From Giardia intestinalis (lineage: Eukaryota): a DNA stretch of 64,000 nt. A program made the position numbers and the translations under genes. Below are positions 1 to 11,441 of this stretch, one piece after another. The stretch lies in NCBI GenBank assembly GCA_000002435.2, contig CM018790.1, one strand, 5' to 3'. The notes under the pieces are model-generated. The model worked only from the letters and a program-made list of their open reading frames with translations. It was not told the DNA's origin and did not search any database. Position 1 is the first letter of the stretch, and each line of letters starts with the position of its first letter.

Positions 1-1236
1 TATCATTGCTTCAGCCAGATCGGCGAAACTAAACTGTCCTCGAGAATAGAAACCGTAGTACTCCATGGTAGCAAAGAGCTTCGTAAGCAGTGTTGTGGGG
101 AAGACACAGAGGATAATGTCGATATATGCAGGCATAGAGGAGCCCGCAAAGCTGGAAATAAAGGATGGAATATAAAATATTGCCATCATATAGTTGGGAA
201 AATTATTGCGGAAACTCTCACGAGTTTTGAAGAGCATCGAGAATGCGAACACCAATATAGACATCTCAAATGCAACAGCTAAGAACGCCAAAACGGGCAA
301 TATTGGATTGACGGTACTCCACTTGACTCCAGCAGCCAGACTAACGATCCAGCTGAGAAGAAAGCTGGAGAATGTCAACGTGAATAGCATAAGATAATGG
401 GCTAAGTGGAAGACAAATGGCCGCAATCCGTTGTTGTGCATTATCAACTTGCGGCCTTCAATCCGCGAGGCAACACTATAATCAATCAGATTCGGAAAGG
501 AGAAAGTTGGATTGAGCAGGATGATGGTCAAGATGAAAAACATCCCGACAATACTAACGTCATCGAAGTCTAACACGTGTGGCAAAGCATACACAATGAA
601 CAGAAGGGGCTGATAGGTCTCCCCAAAGTATAGGCTATCATAGCAATCTTGTATCATTGCCGTGTGCAGGGAGTTGTAGAGCACCCCTGCCCCGGAGGAA
701 TACTTTCCGAAAAGAATCCATCCCTGCAAGGATTCACACTGCTTGTACGTGTTTATTTGGACACTGGATCCTAGATTCTTTAAGTTATAAGCAGCACTGG
801 CAAGAGAGCTAAGGTCTGTACTCTTATTGTTGAAGATAGTGAGTGTGAAGAGGGGTTTGCCACAGTGGAAGCCCACGTCGTAGCTGGTAATTCCGCTAAC
901 CCCGTAAGAGCCGCAATCTGGATTGGCCACTGTTTCAGCTATCTGGCTCAGAAACCCCCATGAAGAGTGTCCCGAAAGGGCTCCAAGATCTACGCCAGTC
1001 GTGTGATCGTATTGAAGGAGGAGGGGACTTGCAATCTGGCCCTTGTTTAGAGATAGAGGAAGTAAATCTGTTGGGCTCTGCGCTGTGAGAAACGCTATAT
1101 TAGCGTCTAAACCCATGACAGCTAGCACGAAAGAAACGGCCATAATAGCAATACTGATTGAATAATAAATAAGTGGGGCCGGTAGTCTCTGCATGTGCTT
1201 GATGAAAATGTAAAATACAGGGCCTAAATGGCTCAT
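1..1236 (-). CDS. ABC transporter (ABCA-like), N-terminal transmembrane domain; 5' part of the gene only, continues beyond window start
   Basis: Not in the ORF track because it runs off the edge. The minus-strand frame is open from ATG at 1236 (MSHLGPVFYIFIKHMQRLPAPLIYYSISIAIMAVSFVLAV…) down to position 1; a second ATG lies at 1194. Layout is TM1, a hydrophilic loop of about 170 aa, then at least 5 further TM helices. That is the ABCA/ABC-2 exporter TMD topology. The NBD would lie off-window. Confidence 0.5.
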   Translation of the reverse strand, partial: MSHLGPVFYIFIKHMQRLPAPLIYYSISIAIMAVSFVLAVMGLDANIAFLTAQSPTDLLPLSLNKGQIASPLLLQYDHTTGVDLGALSGHSSWGFLSQIAETVANPDCGSYGVSGITSYDVGFHCGKPLFTLTIFNNKSTDLSSLASAAYNLKNLGSSVQINTYKQCESLQGWILFGKYSSGAGVLYNSLHTAMIQDCYDSLYFGETYQPLLFIVYALPHVLDFDDVSIVGMFFILTIILLNPTFSFPNLIDYSVASRIEGRKLIMHNNGLRPFVFHLAHYLMLFTLTFSSFLLSWIVSLAAGVKWSTVNPILPVLAFLAVAFEMSILVFAFSMLFKTRESFRNNFPNYMMAIFYIPSFISSFAGSSMPAYIDIILCVFPTTLLTKLFATMEYYGFYSRGQFSFADLAEAMI

Positions 1237-1284
1237 ATCCAGGATAGATAGCCAGGATAGACCGACGTCAAAAATTTAATTTCA

Positions 1285-4200
1285 ATGGATTTGAATGATA
1301 GGATACTTAACGAAGAGCTAGAAGACGCGCAAATCCATGCTCTTCCCCTTCATGCTCTTCAGCAGAGAACCCGAGACCTCGTTAACAAACTGAGGCTACT
1401 CATCAACTCAAATTCCGACATAAATACAGATGACCTACTTACAGATGCCATCAGAAATTCCACTGCATATTCTTTGGACCCTGTTGTAGAGGCTGATAGC
1501 ACTGATGTGCGCACGAAGCTCTATAGCTATCCACTTATTTCATCCCAGGCACAAGCAAGAGCGTTTTTGGGACATTTTTTTCATGCATATATTGGATTGG
1601 TTCACCAGGAGCTTCGTCTCATCGCGCTCCGTCTCGTCTCAGCAATTTCACACGAGGGGGAGCTGACCATCTTTGAGCAAGAGCTCTCTATTCGGACCGG
1701 GGCGCTTCATGAGACGTTAAGGGATGCAACGACAGCATATTCCAAGATCCTCCCGTTGGTTTACAGCCCAGCCCTTGCAAATACCTCTCATCGATTTACT
1801 GACCCGCTTGTCTTGGATCCCCAGATACCGCTATCAAGCACACAGCTGGGGAGTCAGCAGGACACTGATTCGAGCGCTCCTCAGCACCACGATCTCGGAA
1901 GTAGTGTTCCTCTTTCACTCAGTGATTACGCAATTCCCCTGGCTGCTCTGACACGCGCCCCCGATCTATATGATGAGTTAGAGCCACGGCTAGGGGCCTT
2001 GGATAGGTCGCGTACCGGTGAAATCCTTCGGCGTGGAATGGCTTCTCTAGAGAGGTATTTGACGACAACGCATAGCCAATTCCATTGCGATTATCCATAT
2101 CTTTACACTGCCACAGCACAGCTTCAAACCTCGCTAGTTGCCCTGGGCGATTCTTACAGTGTCCTTTTGGATCCTCTACGGGAGGCTACCGAGTTCGTCT
2201 CACGCTCAACAAAACTCGTTACATCAAGTGTTGACAAGTTAATTCGATTCTTCGCTGTAGCGCAGCACAAACCATGCGATATCAATTGTGGGTTGGAATC
2301 GGTGTCCCACTCTGCAGTGATCAAAGACATAGGCACTGGAAGCACCTCGCCAATTGCTATCATCGATAGCCTAGGATATGAACGAGTAGCTAAGCGGAAT
2401 CCGCGATATCACAGTCCTACGAATATACAACAAAGCGGAACCAGCAGCAACCTTCGACTACGCTATAGGAATACATATATGGTAGCAGGCAAGCTGCTGG
2501 ATAAACTAACTGCAGCAGAGCACGAAGTAGCTGACAATACGTGTGTGAAGCTCACTACATTTCTTAATGCGCCTTTCCATGATGCAATGTCAGTCACAGA
2601 CACAGAAAAACAGAAGCAAAGTCAATGCAACCGTATATCCGCGTCGCCTCTCTTGGTAGTTGATTATGTGTACAGATTCGTTGCTGGTTTAGCCAATTCC
2701 TCTGTTAAACCAGCGAATTGCACTAGTGCTACGGGTACATCAGATGATATCTTCCGTATTCTTACAACAGGCACGGGGCATAATGAAAACACTGGTGAGA
2801 ATGCTAATAGCTCTTCCATGGCCCCTCCTACTGCCAGAACAAAACTTTCTTCTTGCCTTCCTGGACATGGTATGCCCATATTCACTCACTCATTGGACAT
2901 TGATGCTGCGGATGCTCGGGTGAAAGCAGGTCCTGCAGCCCTGCCCGTAAATGCGCATCTCTTCGATTCTAAGTCCCTGGTTATTGATGAGGCACTGGTT
3001 CATGACCTTAATCTGGCCAAAACAGCATTTAACGATGTTGAAGACTACTATAAAATGAAGCTTGACAACTTTGACTCGTTAACCGGAGATGTGATTGCTA
3101 CTGTGAATCGGTACATAAGCGCACGGGTCAAGGCACATATATCTTATGCGAATACGGGGCTTCCGACCAATCTGCTCCACTTACATTACTATATGATTTA
3201 TGGGAAGATTGTGCACCTTCGTGCACGCCTATTGTATCATTACAATCATTTAGAATATGTACGGTGCAAGATGGACAGCGACCTGCATCTGCACACACTC
3301 AACTTCCCCTTTGAGCAATCCAATAAGCCATTCTGTTTGCAGGACGTTGGCGACGCTCTCCGAGAAATTATGTCGAAGGAAGTACCTGCGGGCTCTGGAA
3401 CGGGAATGTACGGTGTGCTTGGCTTTAAGCGCGACGAGTCTCTTAGCGAGCGCTCCTCCCTCAAGGCAAATGATATTATAGCACCAGACAAGTCTAGGAT
3501 CATCTTTACAGAGGCTATACGGCAACTCTCGCACGTCGTTGAGCGAGATATTCTCTACGCGGGCAGTACGCTTGTTGAGTACCTGTCCTCTGACGCAGCA
3601 GAGAACAAGACTGATTTATCAGAGCTAGGCAACGGGCCTCTTCGCGTTGACCGCATGGTTATCTTGCTCTTTCTTTATGAGCAGGAGCTCAACCTTGTTG
3701 AGCGTAAGAGGCAGGTCGTCGATCAGGCGCTGAAGTGCTACTTTCATTCTGTCAGCTATGTGGACTGTATCAAGTGGCTCCAGTATGTCTCGGGCATAAT
3801 TGACATGAGGCCGTCGTATGATGCAGACTTACTAGTTGCAACGAATGATATCAACAGCTTCACGGGATGCCAGGCGCTAGTTCTACGCCTTCAGCAGGTC
3901 TCTCGATTCATTGAAGAGTACATTACCGCTGTATTAGAAGATGATTGTCGAGAGGCAGCTGTAACGAGAGTTCATACACACATAGAAAGAAAGTTGGTTA
4001 GTGCGTCTTTACCCCCAGCACAGCAAAAACTGGGGCCTGACACGGCTCCGTGGAAAGGATCAGCATCCCAGAGAAATAATTCTGCCGGAAGTAGACGTAG
4101 CTCTTCGGCGTTCCAGCATGTTAGCTCTAAACTTGGGATCAGCCAATCTGGATACCGACCAACATCAGCTTTAGCGTCGCAAACTAGCAAGTACCTGGGA

Positions 4201-7200
4201 GGCGACCATAAAGATGCCAGCAGTATTTCTGAGCGATCCTCCATCGATGGCTTGTCGCGTAAGGAAGGACCAAAGAGAGCACTGCTTCTATCTGGACATG
4301 CGGAGGCATCTGACGATCATCTTCATAAGAGAGTGGAGTCGGGTGGAACCGCTTTTACAGTCACAAAAGATAGCTATGTGGTGACGTTCCCAAGGTACGC
4401 TGGCTTCGGGTCCCCTGTTCACCCCGCCTTCGCACAGACAACTATCTGCGATATCCATTATTCTATTGGGAAACTAGTCAATCTGCTTTCTGATTTGGAC
4501 AAGTATGCATACGTTTTTACTTCCAAGTATCTTCTCGCGCCACGACTGCCGGCCTATGCGAATGACTTATGCCACTGTGCAGTCTATGAAGCTGCACGCG
4601 AAGAGCTCTTCTTTGTGTCGCAATCTCGTCGCACCCGTGGGGCTCTTGGAACTCTTCCTCAGTATCTTCATAAGCAGTGTCGATATGGGCTTTATGGGCT
4701 TCCATACGAGCTTGTTCAGAGTGTGAAGACAATATCTCAGGCAAACGAATGCTTAAATATTCTAGCAAGCAAGCGAAACTTGGCGCTTTTAACTATTCAG
4801 ACTACTATCGCAGTTCAATGCCTTGGTTCATGTTACAATGAATTGGGTCGACGACTATCAAAGCTCAGTATGGGCCGTGGTCCGTGGACAAACTCGTGTC
4901 TGGAAGATATGTTGCCTAACTTTATTAATTTCGAAGAATTTCTGACTGGTTATACACATGAGCTGCCTCGAGCTAGGGCAAGTAGTGCACTGCATGTCCC
5001 AGACGTGTGCAAAGAAACAGAGACAGAGTATGATTATTCTATATGCCTACTTGACTTTAGCAATCGTGACTTCACGTCAACCTTTGATAGCTTCCAGCTA
5101 CCGAGCGACTTTGATTTTGAGCTGTGCCTTCTGGACCCTCTTGCTGGAGCTGCTGTCCGTCTACTACGAGACATGACCCCTACTGTTTTCAAATTAGATC
5201 CATTGTTTCTTGACGGGAATACGAGTGAGCTTCTTGAAGCAGCTCTGCCAGATGTGATCATTTCAGATGACTCCTCGGACGAGGAATTTATCTTGACGGC
5301 CGACTCCAAGGCCACATTGAAGGCTACTTCTAACTCGGCTGGAAAGCATTTATTTCCAACGTCAGCGCACACCCTCTGTGGCCCAGGTTCCGCTATTGAT
5401 CTTTCTTATAAATCGTATCACCCATATGCACACATTCCCAACTTTCTTTCTCCGTCCACCGTTTCAGATGTCGCAGGAACCCTCAGTGGATTCTCCTATT
5501 GCAGCACTCTCTTTTCTATAACAACGGAGCATCGGAAAGATGCATTTGTAGAAGCATCGCACAGTCAACTAGCGCAGATCTCTAGGAAGTACCAGCACGA
5601 GCTGTCATCCATAGTTGACATGTTAATTGCTAGAGGCCCCGAGAAGATGGGCCCAAAAACTATCTCAGTACAGGATAGCTTCGAGACAAATCCGTACATC
5701 TATCTAGATAACGTCGTGGGTTTCCTGCAGCGGCTTGTCTTCGTCCAGGCCTGTGGTCTAGAGTTCTATCGTACCGTCTTGAATGAGCTTGTCGAAACAG
5801 TAATGGTTCCTCTGCGAAATCTCAACACTGCATGCGAGCTGAAGGCAAGGCACACTCTCATGGCGCAACAGGTGGATATATCTGCCGTATCTGCAGTTGT
5901 TCTATTAGACAACGTACCTGAATCAACGTCTTTCTTCATTACACAGCAGTATGCCGATTTGCAAAGCAATAATGTTGTCTCCAAGGGAGCCATACCTCTA
6001 GGGCAAGAGCCCCAGATGTCTGCTCTTAACAAGTACACGGCAAATGACTGCTTTCTTTCTTTCCTGATCTTGGCAGCAGAATATAAGTATATTTGGAGCA
6101 ACACAGTGTATCTAAAAGCTCGATCGTCCTATGCAGAGCTACAGGATAAGCTTGCGTCTGGTGTCGTGGGTAGCTTGCTTATGTTTGAACGCGCTCGATG
6201 CATTGAATCCGTTCTGCTCACCCACAAAGACCGTCTTATGGTCCTTAAAAGAGCACATGTCCAGACAGATTACGATCGAGACTCCCTCACCACCAGCGAC
6301 ACCACACGGTCTGCCCGCAGCTCGTCGCATGTCTCCACAGGAGCATTGGAAGATGCCTCTGATCTGCCATTCCATTTGCGACTTAATCTTCGCAATATGG
6401 AACTGGTTACAATAGTGCTTATGTTATGCGACTATTCGCGTGCACATTCGTTACGGAGTCAGCTTGCTGATATTTTGAACAGGCTCCGTGAAAAACACAA
6501 AGAGATGCACCTCTGTGAAGTTAAGAATATTCTTACTCGCCAGCAATCTGCTGATCAGTCAGATTGGAATGCATATATTGATGGAGTCGCCGACTATTCT
6601 TTTGCCTCGACGGAACAGCAGGCCCTAGAGTTTCTTTCTGAGTTTAAAATAATAGACAATCTGCACAATTGGAAAGTTAACATAGCACAGTCACTGGGAA
6701 GATATCTCCCCGGTACCACGACTGAAATAAAAAAAGGTGGAAAGGCAAGAACAAAAGGGAGAGCACCTAAGAGAGTAGCGTGTCGTCGAAAGAATGATCT
6801 AACAGATATATATGACATTCTTTGCATTTCACCATATCTGCTGGATCCTCTTGTGCATGAAAATATATCTTCTTTGTTATTTGGTCACACACCAGACGCA
6901 CTCACTAGAGCTCCTGTCTCACAAAACGTTCTTCCCAACTTGACGATAGTCCCTCCAGCATCGTCAGTTCGCTTTGTTATGGCAAGCAAGACAACGAACC
7001 TCTTCCAAGCCGTTCCACTCTTGGCTGGCTTAATACATCTCTACGCGTCTTATCTGCACTACTGTGACTTCTCTCTTGTTCTTCAAAGGCTTTCTTGCAG
7101 ACTTGCAATGAGTGGACACAAGCACCACGACGAACAGAACTTCGACGCACAAGTGCATGACCTGCTACTTAATGACAGTAGCTCCGGTTTTCTTAGGCGT

Positions 7201-10200
7201 GCAAATGGATATAGCGACTTCATTCTGAAGATGGCCCTAAGTAGCCAAATGGACGAGGAGTCACAAACCAGCAGCACTCATATGCATGGATGCATTACTC
7301 GCGTCCAGAAAGATGAGGGCGATTCAACTGATACAACCTCTGATACCAGCGGGTCAGACATGCCACCTAGCAGCAAAGAGCCAGATCATCCTGTCCCGAT
7401 TGACCAGAGTGCAACAGGGAAAACTGCCGAGCTAGAAGAGATCTTGCCACCGGGTGAATTTGAGCTTGTCGGCTATGGAGAACATATTGATAACTCGTCG
7501 GTTCAACAGGAAACGAAGAACTTAATCGGACAGCTACGTCTTGTTTCTAACTCGAAGGCTCTTGACTTCAAAATACGGGGGCATCGGTGTAAGAATAACA
7601 TGCTGGTGTTTTTCGCACGACTGATGTCACTAGTGATGATGAGCATTTGGAGACAGTGCAAGCAGCACCAGCAAACAAAGTATGTGTCGCAGAACAATGT
7701 TAATATGCCAATTAAGAAGGTCCATAAAACCGTGGATGTCGTGGATTTCAATAAGTATGCATCATCGTTAGGACTCCTTGATGGTATTACAGAGAGGCTC
7801 ACCAAGCATCAGACCAAGCCGGAGGATGAATATGTGGGCTCAGATCCCAAAATGCTCGAGTTTATGTCCTCACAGAAGGCGTTAGAGCTCCAAGCAATGC
7901 CTATTACACCGCTAGAAACAAGTACTGGGGATCCAGACACCGAAGCTTCATCAGTCGTCTCAGACAACAGCGAGGATCAAGACCTGTTTCTTCCTGAGGT
8001 AGGTGAGGCTCTACTCTTGACTTCCTACACCCTTGTGGAGGTGCTTAAGGTTGTGTATGTCATGCGGGACTTTGCGTTTGAACGGATAATGGGGTATGCA
8101 CTAATATGCTTAAAAAGTGCGTACTCCCATGGTGACCTTATCTCTACCGACAGCTTGCTTGAAACGTTTGAAAACGTGAAGCGTGTAACGGGCTTTGATT
8201 TGGTTGTCGGCAATCCGACGAATAAGATTATCGACATCATACTTGGAAGGCTAAGGCCCAGTGGTAAGGCCGACGGTTTGCCAGGAGTGCTTGACGACAA
8301 TGTTATCAATGAGCGAACCATGGCGTTATTGGCCCATAGAGGAAACGAGTACAGTGCCAGTGGCATAGAGGTAACAGAGGAGAGCAGGCAAGTGAAGCAG
8401 AGAGAGTATTCGGACAGCCTCTTGAAGAACGGGCAGCCCAGTGATGTGTGTGGGGGCGAAGATGATACACTTCGTGCCACAAAACGGGTATCGCTCGACC
8501 TTCTAGAGCAGTCTCTTCCGGAGCCTTATTCAGAGTATCTCCAACACGACAACCAGTCAGACCTGTTACAAAGCGTAGCAGGCGCAGGCCTCAAATTGAA
8601 TCTCAAGACCTTGAAGACATGCGGTGAGCATACAGATCTATTTAGACCAAGAATACTCAACACTAAAAGCTCTTTCTCATCAAGATTGGTGCTCAATCGA
8701 TTTGCTGAGATCACACATCTCAGCATAATGTCGCCTCCATTCCTTGACGGACTATTTAACGGATTGTGCAGTGGACATAAGTTTGGCTCGTCACTGTCCT
8801 GCTTCGCTGGATATGCCCCCATCACAATAAGCCTAGATCAAGCTGAGCAATCGGCACATTCACCGATAAACCTTAACTGCGGAATAACCAATCTAGGGCA
8901 TCATCTTGTGCACGCAGGCCTCAGCTCCTTTGCACCCAACCAGCCCCTGCTCAAGGATACCGTCAGTCATAGAGCGAGTCTGTCAGCCCGAAGCGCATCT
9001 GGTAGGTCATCCACTACCCTAAATGAAGTCAGCTTTGCCGAAATCTTCGGTGCAGTTGGCCATCAATCAATCCTCTTGGACCAGTGCACCCTCGACGATG
9101 GTGACAATCGCATAGATGCCTCAGCTCTGCATGTGCATATCTTTCTCCAGCAGCTCAGAGAAAGAACCTACGTGCACACCTACGGCAAGCGGGAGCTACA
9201 ATCACAAACTAGACATATTGCATATAGCTTCTCCGACTTTTTCCTGCTATCTGAGCGAATATCTCCGATAGTGCTGTACTCGGGAGAGAAAGTGTTAGGC
9301 ATAGATACCGTCGATGAATATTCGGAGTTCTGCGCTCTTTCTGAGTGCGGAAGATCTGTTGTGGCAAAGCCTTACATGGACATCTTTGATCCCGTGTCTC
9401 GCTCATTAACCAATGAGAAAGCTGGCTTGACAGAGCCCCCTAAGACACGGTGTGTAGTTGTCGGCAAACTGAGGCTATTTCAATTATACAATATGTTAAA
9501 CTGTTCGGCCATACCATCCCACTTCACAGCAAGACATAATATTCTAGAAAACAACTATGCCAACAGCTCTTCTCAGCGTTCTAATCCACTTGACCTTTCA
9601 AAAAGACATATAGACGAGCGTGAATGGCTAGCCTATTTACCAGGGTACATGGATACAGTTCTATCCTATCACACCAATCCTACTGTGGAACCGTGGCTAA
9701 ATTCTGCCAGACTATCCATGAACGTCTTCCTACTGAGTGGATATGTTTATAATCAGCTTTCAGAATCCCTCGTTAGCAATCTGGAAGCTCTAATTGAGAA
9801 AATAAAATCATATGTTCCCACCAATCCCAGTGACAACTTCATCACGGCAAACAGATTCTTCAAGAATGCCGCTCCAATATATCCCCTGGTACCCGGAACT
9901 TATGGGCTAAGCCCAGCAGATGTTACCCTCCCTTATCTCCCTGGAGACTCCATGCAGTCCACCAGGTTCCTTCATCGATACTTCGGAAGAAACTTCATGA
10001 CAATAGAAGCCCTCAGCAATGGAGTTGCAAGCTCTGGAGAGAATCAGAATCTTGTTGTTTTAACAAACTATGCTCTGGCGCAGATGCTTGACAAATTCAA
10101 ATCCATTCTGTTCAGCGAAATGACTCAGCGTGTAAGGCTGAAGTTGCAAGGATCTTTGCTCTCTTCTTTGGGAATGAGAGCGGCTCTCTTTAGCATGACA

Positions 10201-11418
10201 GTCAACAACACCGAGGCGTCCCAGGCTCTTGTTAAAATACTCACCTCTATGCCCGCGGCTGTGTCGTCCTATTCAGCAGCCCGCCTCCACAGCCTGCAGA
10301 GCAAGCTGTCTTCCCTTCACATGCTCAACACAAGCATTGTCAGAGAGGCCTCTCTCCTGCCCACCACAATTCGCAACATCATTACCCATATTTATTCCGA
10401 CGCACTAAACATGCTATTTTTCCGCATTACGGCTGAAAAGGAGATAGCTGCTGATATTAATGATGACGCTTGCTCGATAGCTCGCAAAACCGTGGCCAGT
10501 GAGCGTATCAAGGCACTTGTGAGGTTGAGTCAGTGTGTCTCATCGCAATCTAAGTTCTTCCTGGAGTGCGCTGAAAAGGAAAAAGAGATTGCTTTCTATG
10601 AAGAAGCCCTCGCTCTTGAGGCCCGCTTCATGCGCAAGTCCGCCGCATTCAATAATATAAGGCGAGGTTACCTTGAGAGGAAAATCAGCAGCTACAGCAC
10701 CATGTTTGAGCAGGAATATATAAGACTTGTGGGCCTCAACAACATGTTGGTCGATGCAAGCAAAGAGTCGGAAGCAAACCTACGTCTCGAGCTAGCCCAG
10801 TTGTCACAGCAACTTAGCAGACTGAATGAGGATAACGAGTGTCTGCGGATAGAGCTCCAGGATCGCATGTCAATTGTGTCCAAGACCAAGATGAAAAAGG
10901 ATGCTGATAATATCTTTGCCGGCATTAACACACTGACACCGATAGCTACGATAGCAAAGGCGATGGCCCTTCCGGATAACATAAAAGTGGATGTGGAGCG
11001 CCTGCAGATCAACACTCAGAAAGTGAGGCAAGAAGTTGAGATATTGAAGGCAGAGGTGCACAACTTAAAGAAGCAATACACTTTAGATGTGGCCCTCTCA
11101 GAAGAACGCGCAAAGCAGTTACGAAATAACCAGCAACTCCTGCAGGTACGGCGGCGAAAGCTTATTGACACTGCAAACACACTGCTCCGTGATAGTGAGC
11201 AGACCATAATAGATGCAGACACCGTGTGGGCAGAAGCAAGAGAAGCACAGAAGGCTGAGCGTTGGCACCTGGTAGACCGCTTACGCGGGCTACATATAGA
11301 AGCCCGTACCCTAGAACAAACATACAATAAAATGCAGCAAGAGATCCAAAGGGTCCGGCGAGAAGGTGAGAAGTTGATACTCGGAGGCTTAACTCCCCTT
11401 ACATTTAAGTCTAACTGA
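1285..11418 (+). CDS. giant hypothetical protein (3377 aa) with a C-terminal coiled-coil region of about 450 aa
   Basis: A single uninterrupted ORF with ATG at 1285. The last ~450 residues have heptad-like, E/K/R/Q/L-rich sequence (…LRLELAQLSQQLSRLNEDNECLRIELQDR…). No P-loop or other catalytic motif was seen. All nested ORFs are short. Confidence 0.7.
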   Translation: MDLNDRILNEELEDAQIHALPLHALQQRTRDLVNKLRLLINSNSDINTDDLLTDAIRNSTAYSLDPVVEADSTDVRTKLYSYPLISSQAQARAFLGHFFHAYIGLVHQELRLIALRLVSAISHEGELTIFEQELSIRTGALHETLRDATTAYSKILPLVYSPALANTSHRFTDPLVLDPQIPLSSTQLGSQQDTDSSAPQHHDLGSSVPLSLSDYAIPLAALTRAPDLYDELEPRLGALDRSRTGEILRRGMASLERYLTTTHSQFHCDYPYLYTATAQLQTSLVALGDSYSVLLDPLREATEFVSRSTKLVTSSVDKLIRFFAVAQHKPCDINCGLESVSHSAVIKDIGTGSTSPIAIIDSLGYERVAKRNPRYHSPTNIQQSGTSSNLRLRYRNTYMVAGKLLDKLTAAEHEVADNTCVKLTTFLNAPFHDAMSVTDTEKQKQSQCNRISASPLLVVDYVYRFVAGLANSSVKPANCTSATGTSDDIFRILTTGTGHNENTGENANSSSMAPPTARTKLSSCLPGHGMPIFTHSLDIDAADARVKAGPAALPVNAHLFDSKSLVIDEALVHDLNLAKTAFNDVEDYYKMKLDNFDSLTGDVIATVNRYISARVKAHISYANTGLPTNLLHLHYYMIYGKIVHLRARLLYHYNHLEYVRCKMDSDLHLHTLNFPFEQSNKPFCLQDVGDALREIMSKEVPAGSGTGMYGVLGFKRDESLSERSSLKANDIIAPDKSRIIFTEAIRQLSHVVERDILYAGSTLVEYLSSDAAENKTDLSELGNGPLRVDRMVILLFLYEQELNLVERKRQVVDQALKCYFHSVSYVDCIKWLQYVSGIIDMRPSYDADLLVATNDINSFTGCQALVLRLQQVSRFIEEYITAVLEDDCREAAVTRVHTHIERKLVSASLPPAQQKLGPDTAPWKGSASQRNNSAGSRRSSSAFQHVSSKLGISQSGYRPTSALASQTSKYLGGDHKDASSISERSSIDGLSRKEGPKRALLLSGHAEASDDHLHKRVESGGTAFTVTKDSYVVTFPRYAGFGSPVHPAFAQTTICDIHYSIGKLVNLLSDLDKYAYVFTSKYLLAPRLPAYANDLCHCAVYEAAREELFFVSQSRRTRGALGTLPQYLHKQCRYGLYGLPYELVQSVKTISQANECLNILASKRNLALLTIQTTIAVQCLGSCYNELGRRLSKLSMGRGPWTNSCLEDMLPNFINFEEFLTGYTHELPRARASSALHVPDVCKETETEYDYSICLLDFSNRDFTSTFDSFQLPSDFDFELCLLDPLAGAAVRLLRDMTPTVFKLDPLFLDGNTSELLEAALPDVIISDDSSDEEFILTADSKATLKATSNSAGKHLFPTSAHTLCGPGSAIDLSYKSYHPYAHIPNFLSPSTVSDVAGTLSGFSYCSTLFSITTEHRKDAFVEASHSQLAQISRKYQHELSSIVDMLIARGPEKMGPKTISVQDSFETNPYIYLDNVVGFLQRLVFVQACGLEFYRTVLNELVETVMVPLRNLNTACELKARHTLMAQQVDISAVSAVVLLDNVPESTSFFITQQYADLQSNNVVSKGAIPLGQEPQMSALNKYTANDCFLSFLILAAEYKYIWSNTVYLKARSSYAELQDKLASGVVGSLLMFERARCIESVLLTHKDRLMVLKRAHVQTDYDRDSLTTSDTTRSARSSSHVSTGALEDASDLPFHLRLNLRNMELVTIVLMLCDYSRAHSLRSQLADILNRLREKHKEMHLCEVKNILTRQQSADQSDWNAYIDGVADYSFASTEQQALEFLSEFKIIDNLHNWKVNIAQSLGRYLPGTTTEIKKGGKARTKGRAPKRVACRRKNDLTDIYDILCISPYLLDPLVHENISSLLFGHTPDALTRAPVSQNVLPNLTIVPPASSVRFVMASKTTNLFQAVPLLAGLIHLYASYLHYCDFSLVLQRLSCRLAMSGHKHHDEQNFDAQVHDLLLNDSSSGFLRRANGYSDFILKMALSSQMDEESQTSSTHMHGCITRVQKDEGDSTDTTSDTSGSDMPPSSKEPDHPVPIDQSATGKTAELEEILPPGEFELVGYGEHIDNSSVQQETKNLIGQLRLVSNSKALDFKIRGHRCKNNMLVFFARLMSLVMMSIWRQCKQHQQTKYVSQNNVNMPIKKVHKTVDVVDFNKYASSLGLLDGITERLTKHQTKPEDEYVGSDPKMLEFMSSQKALELQAMPITPLETSTGDPDTEASSVVSDNSEDQDLFLPEVGEALLLTSYTLVEVLKVVYVMRDFAFERIMGYALICLKSAYSHGDLISTDSLLETFENVKRVTGFDLVVGNPTNKIIDIILGRLRPSGKADGLPGVLDDNVINERTMALLAHRGNEYSASGIEVTEESRQVKQREYSDSLLKNGQPSDVCGGEDDTLRATKRVSLDLLEQSLPEPYSEYLQHDNQSDLLQSVAGAGLKLNLKTLKTCGEHTDLFRPRILNTKSSFSSRLVLNRFAEITHLSIMSPPFLDGLFNGLCSGHKFGSSLSCFAGYAPITISLDQAEQSAHSPINLNCGITNLGHHLVHAGLSSFAPNQPLLKDTVSHRASLSARSASGRSSTTLNEVSFAEIFGAVGHQSILLDQCTLDDGDNRIDASALHVHIFLQQLRERTYVHTYGKRELQSQTRHIAYSFSDFFLLSERISPIVLYSGEKVLGIDTVDEYSEFCALSECGRSVVAKPYMDIFDPVSRSLTNEKAGLTEPPKTRCVVVGKLRLFQLYNMLNCSAIPSHFTARHNILENNYANSSSQRSNPLDLSKRHIDEREWLAYLPGYMDTVLSYHTNPTVEPWLNSARLSMNVFLLSGYVYNQLSESLVSNLEALIEKIKSYVPTNPSDNFITANRFFKNAAPIYPLVPGTYGLSPADVTLPYLPGDSMQSTRFLHRYFGRNFMTIEALSNGVASSGENQNLVVLTNYALAQMLDKFKSILFSEMTQRVRLKLQGSLLSSLGMRAALFSMTVNNTEASQALVKILTSMPAAVSSYSAARLHSLQSKLSSLHMLNTSIVREASLLPTTIRNIITHIYSDALNMLFFRITAEKEIAADINDDACSIARKTVASERIKALVRLSQCVSSQSKFFLECAEKEKEIAFYEEALALEARFMRKSAAFNNIRRGYLERKISSYSTMFEQEYIRLVGLNNMLVDASKESEANLRLELAQLSQQLSRLNEDNECLRIELQDRMSIVSKTKMKKDADNIFAGINTLTPIATIAKAMALPDNIKVDVERLQINTQKVRQEVEILKAEVHNLKKQYTLDVALSEERAKQLRNNQQLLQVRRRKLIDTANTLLRDSEQTIIDADTVWAEAREAQKAERWHLVDRLRGLHIEARTLEQTYNKMQQEIQRVRREGEKLILGGLTPLTFKSN

Positions 11419-11441
11419 TTTGAACGGATGAGTAGGGTGGG

